Shown here: positions 53,921-64,000 of the stretch, piece after piece
Layout: every line of letters begins with the position of its first letter
How positions within the stretch are numbered: position 1 is the first letter of the stretch
NCBI RefSeq assembly: GCF_006345805.1
Contig: NC_043003.1
Span: forward strand, 77,872,001-77,936,000
DNA length: 64,000 nt
From: Octopus sinensis
Lineage: Eukaryota
Reading direction: 5' to 3'
Program-made: the position numbers and the translations under genes
Notes under the pieces: model-generated
The model's database searches: none
The model's input: the letters and a program-made list of their open reading frames with translations, nothing else
Told to the model about the DNA's origin: nothing

Positions 53921-54419
53921 CATAATTTTTTATTTGTAGAGGTAGACGTTCGTTTTCTTGCTCCGTTTGATTGGAGAGTTTTAGCAAGCTTACTGTTTTT
54001 CCTTTTCGGATTACTTTCAAATAAAGAACCATACGAACCCATAAATATTCGCTTTATATCCAAGATAAACAAGAAAAGTGGGGTTTTTTAGACGTATCAA
54101 TTTTGTGCTTTACATCTCTTTTTGCAATGGCTGTTCGTTCTAAAAAAGCTAGGAACACACTCAGGAAAACTGACTTTGAACTTAATAACACTGAGTAATA
54201 AATAAGAAAAACACTTTATTAAATGGGCAGATACATACGGTTAAGTACTGAAAAACTTAATTAAACTAGTAGATACGTAGTTAAATGAAAATAATGACGC
54301 ACTTTTAGCAAATTAAAACCTTAACTCTTTGACAAGAATTATCGTATTTTTTTTTCATTGCAGTGTAAATTTAATTATTAAAGAAATGATCTTTTGTTTT
54401 TGCTTTGTTTGGGGTTTTA

Positions 54420-54655
54420 ATAATAATAATAATAATGAAATTATTGTATACAGTGCTCAGGTGCACCACAACTTGTCAGAAAGTGCATATAAAGTACATG
54501 CAGTAATGTAGAAATGTCTGGAAAGTGAACATGCTTGTGTGTGTATCAAGTGTAGTGTTGGCGAATCTCAGGAAGTATGGAAGTTTTGAAGGATGCAGTG
54601 CTCCGACAACTAACAACCGATGCCGGCAGTTTGTTCCACGCTTCAGCAACTCTCG
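54420..54655 (-). mobile_element. CR1-type LINE 3' end
   Basis: Reverse complement of 62790-63040. Confidence 0.85.
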
Positions 54656-55216
54656 TAGTTTGTTTTTCCCCCAGGGTATCTCTGTATAGTTTCGCATGTT
54701 AAACAAACGGGTGAGCCTACAAGCGCATCAAAGCTGAGCTTGTCCCACTTTCCGTGGTCTGTAGGCCATTGAGAGTCCTCGGAAAGGCTAACCACTTTAA
54801 CTGTTGCTGATACCCGCTTCAGATCAGTAGAGTAGAATAGAGTAGAGCAACATCGTTGAAGTCCGTTGCTTAAGAACACAACACACTACCCGATCCGTGA
54901 ATCGAAACTACGCCCCTACGATCGTGAGTACAACATCCTAACCACAAGTAAGCGCGCTTTCACACTGATAGCTCCCATTTAAGCAATTGTAAAGATATTG
55001 TTTAATCTAGAATTGATGTTACAAATGTTTCCATCCTTGTTTTACTGATGCATGTAGCACCAGACGTCTTGGTGAGCAGCTGCTGCTACTGCTGCTGCTG
55101 CTGCTGCCGTTCCGTCCCTGGTCGGCTTCCATTGGGCAGATTCATTCATTAAAAGCGCTCCATCCAGGCTCATCACGTTTCTTCTTTTTTTTTTTTTTTT
55201 AGCAATATCATACATA

Positions 55217-55385
55217 GGTGCGGAAGTGGCTGTGTGGTAAGTAGCTTGCTTACCAACCACATGGTTCCGGGTTCAGTCCCACTGCGTGGCATCTTGGGCA
55301 AGTGTCTTCTGCTATAGCCTCGGACCGACCATAGCCTTGTGAGTGGATTTGGTAGACGGAAACCATAGAAGCCTGTCCTATAATG

Positions 55386-55416
<31 letters not shown>

Positions 55417-55633
55417 ATGTTTGTGTGTCTGTGTTTGATCCCCCCACCATCGCTTGACAACCGATGCTGGTGTGTTTACGTCCCCGTCACTTAGCGGTTC
55501 AGCAAAAAGAGAGCGATAGAATAAGTACTGGGCTTACAAAGAATAAGTCCCGGGGTCGATTTGCTCGACTAAAGGTGGTGCTCCAGCATGACCGCAGTCA
55601 AATGACTGAGACAAGTAAAAGAGTAAAAGAGTA
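55217..55633 (+). mobile_element. OR-type SINE inserted in a locally duplicated segment
   Basis: Full-length family match. Its flanks match the SINE-free copy at 56978-57128. Confidence 0.88.
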
Positions 55634-55872
55634 CAAGACCACTTTAGCTATTAAATCTGTATTTAAAAAATGGTAGAATGGAACGTGGTGAAAGGGAAGG
55701 ATTTTGGCTGTTATTTCTAGGAAATTGAACGACCACATTGTGGCTGCTTCGTTGTGTTTCGGGAAATCTAGTTTGCTTTCCTGATGTTGAGAATCCAGCC
55801 CACAGATTAAAAACAACTCTGGATATTTAATCTCTGTGTTTGTGTTTACGTATGCCAGGGCATTGGTGTTAG

Positions 55873-55916
<44 letters not shown>

Positions 55917-57139
55917 TGTGCGTGTGTGTGTGTGTTGTGTGTGTGTGTGTGTTCCAAACTAGCAATCATCTACTAATTCGAAAACAGCGGTACAGGGGAA
56001 ATAACTCCTTCCTTACTAGCGGTGAGTTTGTAACGTCTGCCGAGATACTGAATTTGCCGCGTAACTCTCCATATCCCGACAAAGGCAAACGTTGTTGACA
56101 ACAGCCAAAATATCATCATGTAACTAATAAACAAGTCTTTATATAGTAGGGTCTCACGTAAGAATGGAAATCTTCTTTAAATTGACATTAACCAAGTAAT
56201 TAATGAACAAAAACTCCTGCTAGAGATGTTAAAGAACTAATATAGTGTAACGTTTTTAAAATATTTTTCTGTGGTCTTTGGTCAGTAACTGCTATTTTCT
56301 ATTGACTTCTATCTAGAAATCAGAAATTCCATGGACAACAATGTTTTACTTATTTTCCATTACATTTCACACAGATTCAGCATTAATTGCTGAAGCAGAA
56401 ATATTGTTATAGCAAATATTCTGCTCAATACCACAGATTTGCTTGACCTTAACCACTTGCGTATATCCCTTGTGCGTCTCTGATCATGAACAGGAGTAAT
56501 GGGAGAGCATCATAGCCGTGTGTTGAGAGGGGTTCTTTGGGGTTTTAATAAATGTAACAAAAGCAAGGCTTGAAGGAAATATTAGCCAATTTTCATTCTT
56601 GCTAAGGGTAAACAAATAGGAAATTTCAGTTGCTAAGGAGGTCAAAATTCGGGTTAGACAGTAATAAAAGAACAAGGGAAATAACTGCATATAGATGCTT
56701 GAATTTTTTGACGCTGTAATAGACAACCCTTCTCGAGAAGTGGGCCGCATGAGACATGGCTAATCATTAGATGGGCCGCACTTCTGAAATTAAATTCGAG
56801 GAAACTCTTTACCAGGTGTACCATTCAGAAACCCCCGTGGAGCGCAGGTTGCCATGACTGCTGTATATAATACAGATTAGAGTAGAACTGGTCTTCAAAG
56901 CCAACTTGTGAAAGCAACAGATATATCTTCTTTATGAAATAAACGTGGTATAACCAGTAATATATGTCACACTTCTTTTTTTTAGCAATATCATACACAA
57001 GACTACTTTAGCTATTTAAATTCATTTTTAAAAAAATATAGTAGGATTGAACGTGGTGAAAGGGAAGGATTTTGGCTACTATTTCTAGGAAATTGAACGA
57101 CCACATTGTGGTTGCTTCGTTGTGTTCCTAAAATTTCCC

Positions 57140-57560
57140 GCTCCGTAACGATAGATCACCTCAGTTGTCACATGCTGTGACACACTCTCCAATGGGAACT
57201 TAGTGTGTTTAGCTACCAGCCCAGGTTCCACTGCTCTTCAGGCTGAGAAAGCAAACTGTCAAAGTATCGGTCGCTCTCCAACAGGTCTATAGTTGAGCCT
57301 GTGGCAGCAGAGACCTTCGGGGTTCCCGGCCTCCGGACTACATCCTTATTCACCACTATCGGGGGCGGAGACGGTTGCCCGCAAGTGCGATCCCCGTGAG
57401 TCAGAGTGGCTGTTCCAAGCGCATTTCCCTCGCCATCTTCTGGGGAAACGCCTTTTCCATTTTGTCTGCTGGGACCATGAGGCGGTCTGAATTACGAGAA
57501 ATCGAAAGAATGTACGAATTTCGAAGCTTACTGCACGAACAATAAACTTATTCCAAGTAA
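57140..57560 (+). mobile_element. CRE-clade (RLE-type) non-LTR 3' end, decayed
   Basis: VTCCDTLS..PGSTA.QAE.K...Y..L....VEPVAAETFGVPG....GDPRESEWLFQ.ISLAIFWGNAFSILSA, across frameshifts. Confidence 0.6.
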
Positions 57561-57639
57561 GAGAATGAAAAATATCCGTCAGAGTTTTACTACAATTACT
57601 ATCTCTGCTCCTCTCGACTAATATCTGACAGTAGACTTG

Positions 57640-58040
57640 GTGGCGAGCTGGCAGGATCGTTAGCACGCCGGACAAAATGCTTAGCGGCATTTCGTCCGTC
57701 TTTATGTCCAATGTTCAAATTCCGCCGATAACTTTGCCTTTCATCTTTTGTGGATTGATAAAATAAGCACTGATTGAGCACTGGGGTCGATGTAATCGAT
57801 TTTACCTCCTCCCCGAAATTGCTGGCCTTGTGCCAAAATTTGAAATCAATAATAATGCGTTCTGCTATAGGCATCAGGCCTGAAACTTGGTGTTGGAAGG
57901 GGGCTAGTCGATTACGTCCACCCCGGTCGACCCCGAAAGAACGAAAGATAAAGTTGGTGTTGATGACATTTGAACTGAAAACGTAAAACCGGAATAAATG
58001 TTGATAAGTAGTTTTTCCGGTGTGCTAATGATTCTTCCAG
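57640..58040. mobile_element. OK-type SINE (+) followed by an inverted OK-type SINE (-)
   Basis: Head and core on + at 57640-57850 and on - at 57870-58040. Confidence 0.75.
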
Positions 58041-58687
58041 CGACCTGCCATTGAGCATTCATCCTCACAGCTAGACTCACCCAGTCAACTCAAAACATAT
58101 GACATTAACGCTTAAACCTGTTTTTACCCTCAGATAATGTCACAAAGGAAATCACATCTTTTCTTGTGGGGTCTGGCTCCTGAATTAATGATCATCCTTC
58201 TCTCCTCCCTCACTACCATCAACATCTTACATTCGCCTCATCAGTACTTTGAAATATCTTACAGTTTGTAAACGTTTTCTTCCACCATTAACCTCTCCTA
58301 CACGCATGCTTTGTTCTTTGGTGCTAACCTTATCTGCTTCTTTAAGCTTAATTCTGTCACACCGTATTCACTATAGCGGGAATAGGATAAACATCATGTC
58401 TTCTGGATTCCTGGCAAAGTGGTAATGAACAACACACGCAGAAAAAGAAGATGCAACAGTTTCTGTCCATTAGCTTGTGTATGTGTGTCTTTGTGTCTGT
58501 GTTTGTCCCCCCCACCATTGCTTGACAACCAATATTGGTGTGTTTACATCCCTGTAGCTTAGTGGTTCATTAACAAAAAGCAATAGAATAAGTAGTAGGC
58601 TTAAAAACAAAAGTCCTGGGGTCAATTTGTTCAACTAAAATTCTTCAAGACAGTGCCCCAGCATGGCCACAATCTAATGACTGAAAC

Positions 58688-58818
58688 GAGAAGAAGAAGA
58701 AGAAGAAGAAGAAGAAGAAGAAGAAGAAGAAGAAGAAGAAGAAAGAAGAAGAAGAAGAGAAGAAGAAGAAGAAGAGAAGAAGAAGAAGAAGAAGAAGAAG
58801 AAGAACAACAACAACAAC

Positions 58819-58867
<49 letters not shown>

Positions 58868-58905
58868 CGGCGGCGGCGGCGGCGGCGCGGCGGCGGCGGC
58901 GGCGG

Positions 58906-58974
<69 letters not shown>

Positions 58975-58992
58975 AGCAGCAGCAGCAGCAGC
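58688..58992. repeat. Compound triplet ladder (AAG)n-(AAC)n-(GGC)n-(AGC)n
   Basis: Direct reading. Confidence 0.95.
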
Positions 58993-58996
58993 CGGT

Positions 58997-59187
58997 CAAG
59001 AATTTGAACCTGGAGATCTCCATTTCCAGCGACTTCGAGGGCCACCTCCCAGTGGTGTCAGGCGTCAACAATGAGCCCTCGACTACAACAAGACGACCAA
59101 AGTTTTTTTTTTTTCCCAAGGTCTGGGGTCTCCCGCCCCTAAGCCCTAGACCATCACCTAATCACCCTTACCTGTCTTGTTGCTTAA
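58997..59187 (+). repeat. Unclassified ~190-bp dispersed element, copy B
   Basis: Aligns with the reverse complement of 2229-2418. Confidence 0.85.
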
Positions 59188-59519
59188 CAACAACAACAGC
59201 AGCAGCAACAGCAACATCTTTGTGCTAAGATGAAACGTACTATGACCACTGTGCAAAGAAGCAGACAAGTAACAATAAAAACAACCACCTCCTCCTCCTC
59301 GGTGAAATATAGAGCACAATGGTAGATAACGTTTACATATTTAAACCAATTGTTTCTTGAGGAAGTTATTTAAATCTGATTTCCCAAGGCTGCCTGGTTA
59401 ACACAGAACATATAGCAATTCATACTTTATGGTTGTTAGTAGTAATGAGGACATCTAACAGTGAGAGCGTTTGCATCAGCTATGTTATCTCATGCCATCA
59501 CAGACAAAAAAAAAATGAT

Positions 59520-60300
59520 GTGGAAGATGTTAGCACACAGGGTACAATGCTTAGAAGCATTTCCTCCGTCTTCACATCCTGAGTTCAAATTATGCCGAGG
59601 TCGACTTTACCTTCCATCCTAAAATAAGTATTCTTTTCTACTCTAGGCACAAGGCCTGAAATTTGGGGGGAGGGAGCCAGTCGATTAGATCAACACCTCT
59701 ACACTACTGGTACTTAATTTATTGACCCCAAAAAGATGGAAAGCTAAGTCGACCTCGGTGGAATTTGAACTCAGAACTTAAAGACAGGTAGGATACCTAT
59801 TTCTTTACTACCCACAAGAGGCTAAACACAGAGAGGACAAATGGATTAAGCTGATTATGTCGACCCCAGTGCATAACTGGTACTTATTTAATCGACCCCG
59901 AAAGGATGAAAGGCAAAGTCGATCTCGGCGGAATTTGAACTCAGAACATAGCAGCAGACGAAATACCGCTAAGCATTTCGTACAGCATGCAAACGTTTCT
60001 GCCAGCTCACTGCCTTTCCTGAAATAAGGATTAGTTGAGCACTGGGGCCAATATAATCGGCTTAACCCCTCCTTGAACCTGCTGGCCTTGATCAAAATTT
60101 GAAAGCACTAATTCATACTACTATAGGCACAAGATATGAAATTTCCAGGGAGGGGCTAGTCAATGATATCAACTCCAGTATGCAACTGGTACTTACTTCA
60201 TCAACTCCAAAAGGATGAAAGGCAAAGTTGACCTTGGCAGGATTTCAACACAGAACATAGAAGGCTGAAATATAACTTAGTATTTTATCTGGTGTGCTAA
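59520..60300. mobile_element. Cluster of OK-type SINE copies in both orientations
   Basis: Core on + at ~59595 and on - at ~59730, ~59900 and ~60210. Confidence 0.8.
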
Positions 60301-60475
60301 TAATTTTGCTATAATAATAATAATTATTATTATTATTTCTAAATCTCTCAACAGGAGACATTTAGACTTAATAATATTTCATTTAGAAATAATAATATTT
60401 CATTTAGAAATAATAATGTTTCTATTTATTAGATCAGTGCCTGTGTGTCACTTTGAAAATAATAATAATAATGAT

Positions 60476-60829
60476 AAGAGCACTCAGAAAGTGCAAACCT
60501 CTATCAAGGCAACACCAACATACTCGCAACAATTAGCAAGAAATGATTTTTATAATGAGAATATCTGAAATAAACTCGACTGCTCACACAAATGAGAATA
60601 CTGAAAATGAACCTGACCACTCTCAAAAATTAAGTAAAAAAAAAAAAAAAACAGGAAAAGTATTCTAGAATCCTTGCCCAGGACCGGATTGATCCCAAAA
60701 TCTAATCAGTTCGTGCCAGTCATGAGACTGGCCAAACATTCCTGAAAGTTTCAATCAAATCTATCGAGTGATTCTTGAGATATCTCATCCACAAAACAAT
60801 ACCTCTGCCTTCGCTAAGGCAGAGTTAAT
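60476..60829 (+). mobile_element. Helentron-associated (HINE/DINE-like) non-autonomous element
   Basis: 5' aagagcactcagaaagtgcaaacctc. 3' stem-loop ctctgcctt-cgct-aaggcagag followed by ttaata. Confidence 0.5.
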
Positions 60830-60849
60830 AATAATCTTCTCTGTGTATG

Positions 60850-62511
60850 AGAACTTGTCTATGCTGATGGCCTAGTTCTCATATCTGAAAGTATCAAAGA
60901 ATGAGAGAAGAAATTTCTAAAGTTGAAAGCGCAGACTAAAATCAAGAGGTCTTAATATAAATGTAGCAAAGACAAATTTTAGGTGGCAGGAGTAGTAACA
61001 GTGGTGGTGGTGGTGGTGCTGCTGCCGCTATTGCTGGTGGTAGTAGTAGTACTCATCACTATTATCTTCAACAAAACAGACCCCACATACAGTATTATAA
61101 TGTTCTCTGTACTTCTAAAGAATTGAGTGATGATGATCATCATCAACATCATCATCATCAGTATTATCTTCTTCTATATAAGTTAATTCCTCTTCTTTGG
61201 GTGTCTGATGTGAAACCGGGCTGTCTGACTTGAAACCTAGCTGCTGATGGACAAAACGCTTTGCAGCAAATGCTCAGGTGCTACAAACGCTGAAAATGTG
61301 CAGAGAACAGCTTCTGTCACATTCCAGGGAGAAAATCTACAAGTAGATGATAGCTTACATTACCTAGGGGACCAAGTCGGTAGCAGGGGTGGATGCTCTG
61401 AAAGTGTAGCTGCTAGAATAAGAATAGCCTGGGCAAAGTTCAGGGAGCTCCTACTTCTGCTGATGACAAAGGGCTTCTCGCTCAGAGTAAAAGGTAGACT
61501 GTATGACGTATGTGTACGAACAGCCATGCTACATGGCAGTGAAACATGGGCCATGACTTCTGAGGACATGCATAAGCTTGTAAGGAATGAAGCGAGTATG
61601 CTTCGTTGGATGTGTAATATCAGTATGCATACACGACAGAGTGTAAGCGCCCTGAGAGAAAAGTTGGATTTAAGAAGCGTCAGATGTGGTGTGCAAGAGA
61701 GACGACTGTGCTGGTATGGTCATGTATTGCATATGAATGAGGACAGCTATGTGAAAAAATGTCACACCCTAGCAGTTGAGGGAACCTGTGGAAGAGGTCG
61801 ACCCAGGAAGACCTGGGATGAGGTGGTGAAGCATGATCTTCAAACATTGGGCCTTACCAAGGCAATGACTACTGATCGAGACCTTTGGAGATATGCTGTG
61901 CCTGAGAAGACTCAACAAGCCAAATGAGACCCCTGGCTTATGCCAGTGGTGCATAACCATTTCACTTATGAGTACCCTTCATTCATTGGACAATAAACTT
62001 TGCTTGCGAAGACCTGTTGAGGCAAGTGAAATCAAAATCAAAATCGCTGATGTGGTCAATGACAGTACCACTCATGCCAGTGGAACATTATAGCACATCT
62101 GAGTGTGATCATTGCCAGGGCCATGGATTGGCTCCCATGCCAGTGGCATGTAAAAAACACCATTCGAGCATGATCGTTTGCTAGCATTGCCTTACTGGCA
62201 CATGAAAAACAACATTTAAGTGTGTCATTGCCAGTGCTGCTAGACTGGCTCCTGTGCAGGTAGCAAGTAAAAATTACCTTTTGAGCATGGTCATTGCTAG
62301 AACCACCTGACTGGTCCTTGTGCCGGTGGCACGTAAAATCACCCACTACACTCTCAGAGTGGTTGGCGTTAGGAAGGGCATCCAGCTGTAGAAACTTTGC
62401 CAGATCAGATTGAGCCTGGTGCAGCCTTCTGGCTCACCAGTCCTCAGTCAAACCGTCCAGCCCATGCCAGCATGGAAAGAGGACATTAAATGGCGATGAT
62501 GATGATGATGA
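60850..62511 (+). mobile_element. RTE-clade LINE 3' part with tandem-repeat UTR and (GAT)n tail
   Basis: LVYADGLVLISES fragment (~60860). ORF 61247-61927 has YLG, MLHGSETW, RRLCWYGHV, GRGRPRKTW and DRDLWR. Confidence 0.88.
61247..61927 (+). pseudogene. RTE ORF C-terminal fragment (post-RT domain)
   Basis: ORF track 226 aa, 5'-truncated. Confidence 0.8.
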
Positions 62512-62559
62512 CATGAAATGGACCAATGAGGTTTTAGCAAAATAAATCAGTAACTAAAA

Positions 62560-63040
62560 CTATTTATATAACAAAAGATTGGATTGGTAGACCCATGAGA
62601 GTGTCAGACAAAATATTTTGCAGTATTTCTTCTCAGCCTGTAACAGTTTGGATTAAAATTATACAAACAATAACTCTGAGCACCTTTTCAAACTCCACCC
62701 GTCTAACACCCATGGACATATTTACAAAGTCAGAAAACAGCACAGCTCCCATGACTTCAGGAAACATTTTTTCACGCTGAGAGTTGCTGAAGCATGGAAC
62801 AAACTGCCAGCATCAGTTGTTAGTTGTCAGAGCACTGCATCCTTCAAAACTTCCATGCTTTCTGAGATTCGCCAACACTACACCTGATTTTCTCCCCTCC
62901 ATACACACACAAGCATGTATCTGACTCATACATTGTTCGCTTTCCAGACATTTGTACATTACTGCATATACTTTATACACACTTTCTGACAAGTTGTGGT
63001 GCACCTGAGCACTGTATACAATAATTTCATTATTATTATT
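62560..63040 (+). mobile_element. CR1-type LINE 3' end with (ATT)n tail
   Basis: HLFKLHPSNTHGHIYKVRKQHSSHDFRKHFFTLRVAEAWNKLPASVV...SFK. Confidence 0.88.
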
Positions 63041-63108
63041 TTATACCAAAGTCAATTTTGACTTGCAACCATCTAAGGACTGTGGCTCAATTCCAAATGA
63101 TTTTCTAA

Positions 63109-63372
63109 CCCTTTAGCATTTAAAACTAGTCATACTGTCCCAAATATTCAACCTGATTAACCCTTTAGTATTCTGTCAAAAATAATGCTTATTTATTCCC
63201 ATTGTTTTGAAATAATCATGCATTATCATATGGCTTTGAGATTTTGATAAGGTAACTGTTAATTTTTTAGAATGAGATTGAAGAGGTGGTGTGGAAAACG
63301 CGATCTAGCCAGTCTGAACATAAAACAGGTAGAATATTTTGACCAGGTATAGCAGGTTTAAATGCTAAAGGG
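63109..63372. mobile_element. piggyBac-type MITE
   Basis: (c)taa|CCCTTTAGCATT...AATGCTAAAGGG|TTAA. Confidence 0.7.
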
Positions 63373-64000
63373 TTAATGCTGAAATTGACCAGATCCGACC
63401 TCTCACACCTACCCTACAATGTTATTCTAAAAATAAACAATCATAATCATCAAAATCTTAAAGCTACAAGATAATATTGAGTAATCAAAAAACGTTGATA
63501 AATAAGCATTACATTTGAGTAAGTAATCTGAAAGTTAAAAGGTTTAGGATGTAAGCCCCAACATCCATATCATTCCTCTGAGGAACTGTCACCACAAGGT
63601 ATCATCTTTGAGATGCATAGTGATTGAACAATGCCACATAAAATCCTGCAATTAACAAGATATATAGCACATCTTTCACCATGCCCAACATATTTGACAG
63701 AAGTGTCTAACTTAATGACAGATGCTCTCCATATTCTCTTAATTGCAGGATTTTATGGTGCAGCGTTTAATATTTAATCAACAGTTTTAATATTTTACTG
63801 ATCAGCTACGGCTTATTGTTGCTATCTTATTGTCAAGAGTTTATTTTACCTACTTAAATAACACTCAATGTTTAGCTGTATTACTCTAATAAATTATCTA
63901 GTGTTGACAACCTGAGAGTGTTAAGTGTTTGGTTTATAACCAGGTAACATAGAATGAAGAAGATATTTTTGCTGATATCACTGGTAATTAGAATGGTATG

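Overview
AT-rich eukaryotic DNA, almost certainly from an octopod cephalopod, judged by the OK-/OR-type tRNA-derived SINEs and very dense microsatellites. No intact host gene is visible. The window is a mosaic of microsatellites and transposon copies of different ages: RTE, Tx1/L1, CR1, R4/Dong and CRE non-LTR elements, at least six Penelope (RT/GIY-YIG) remnants, mariner, hAT, piggyBac-type, Helitron and Helentron-type DNA elements, and about 40 SINE copies. Nearly all ORFs in the supplied track are microsatellite artefacts. The best candidate for a novel system is at 47222-47841: a tRNA-headed (Pol III) SINE-like element that carries a fully base-paired minimal type-I hammerhead ribozyme and a Penelope-style inverted 3' end. 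Variant or decayed hammerheads sit at the 3' ends of other Penelope remnants. Other points of interest are a SINE tail shared with a Tx1 LINE, four long foldback palindromes, an unclassified 190-bp element embedded in triplet repeats, and three weak Ig-like exon or pseudo-exon candidates. All coordinates and family calls were read by eye with no database search, so boundaries are approximate.
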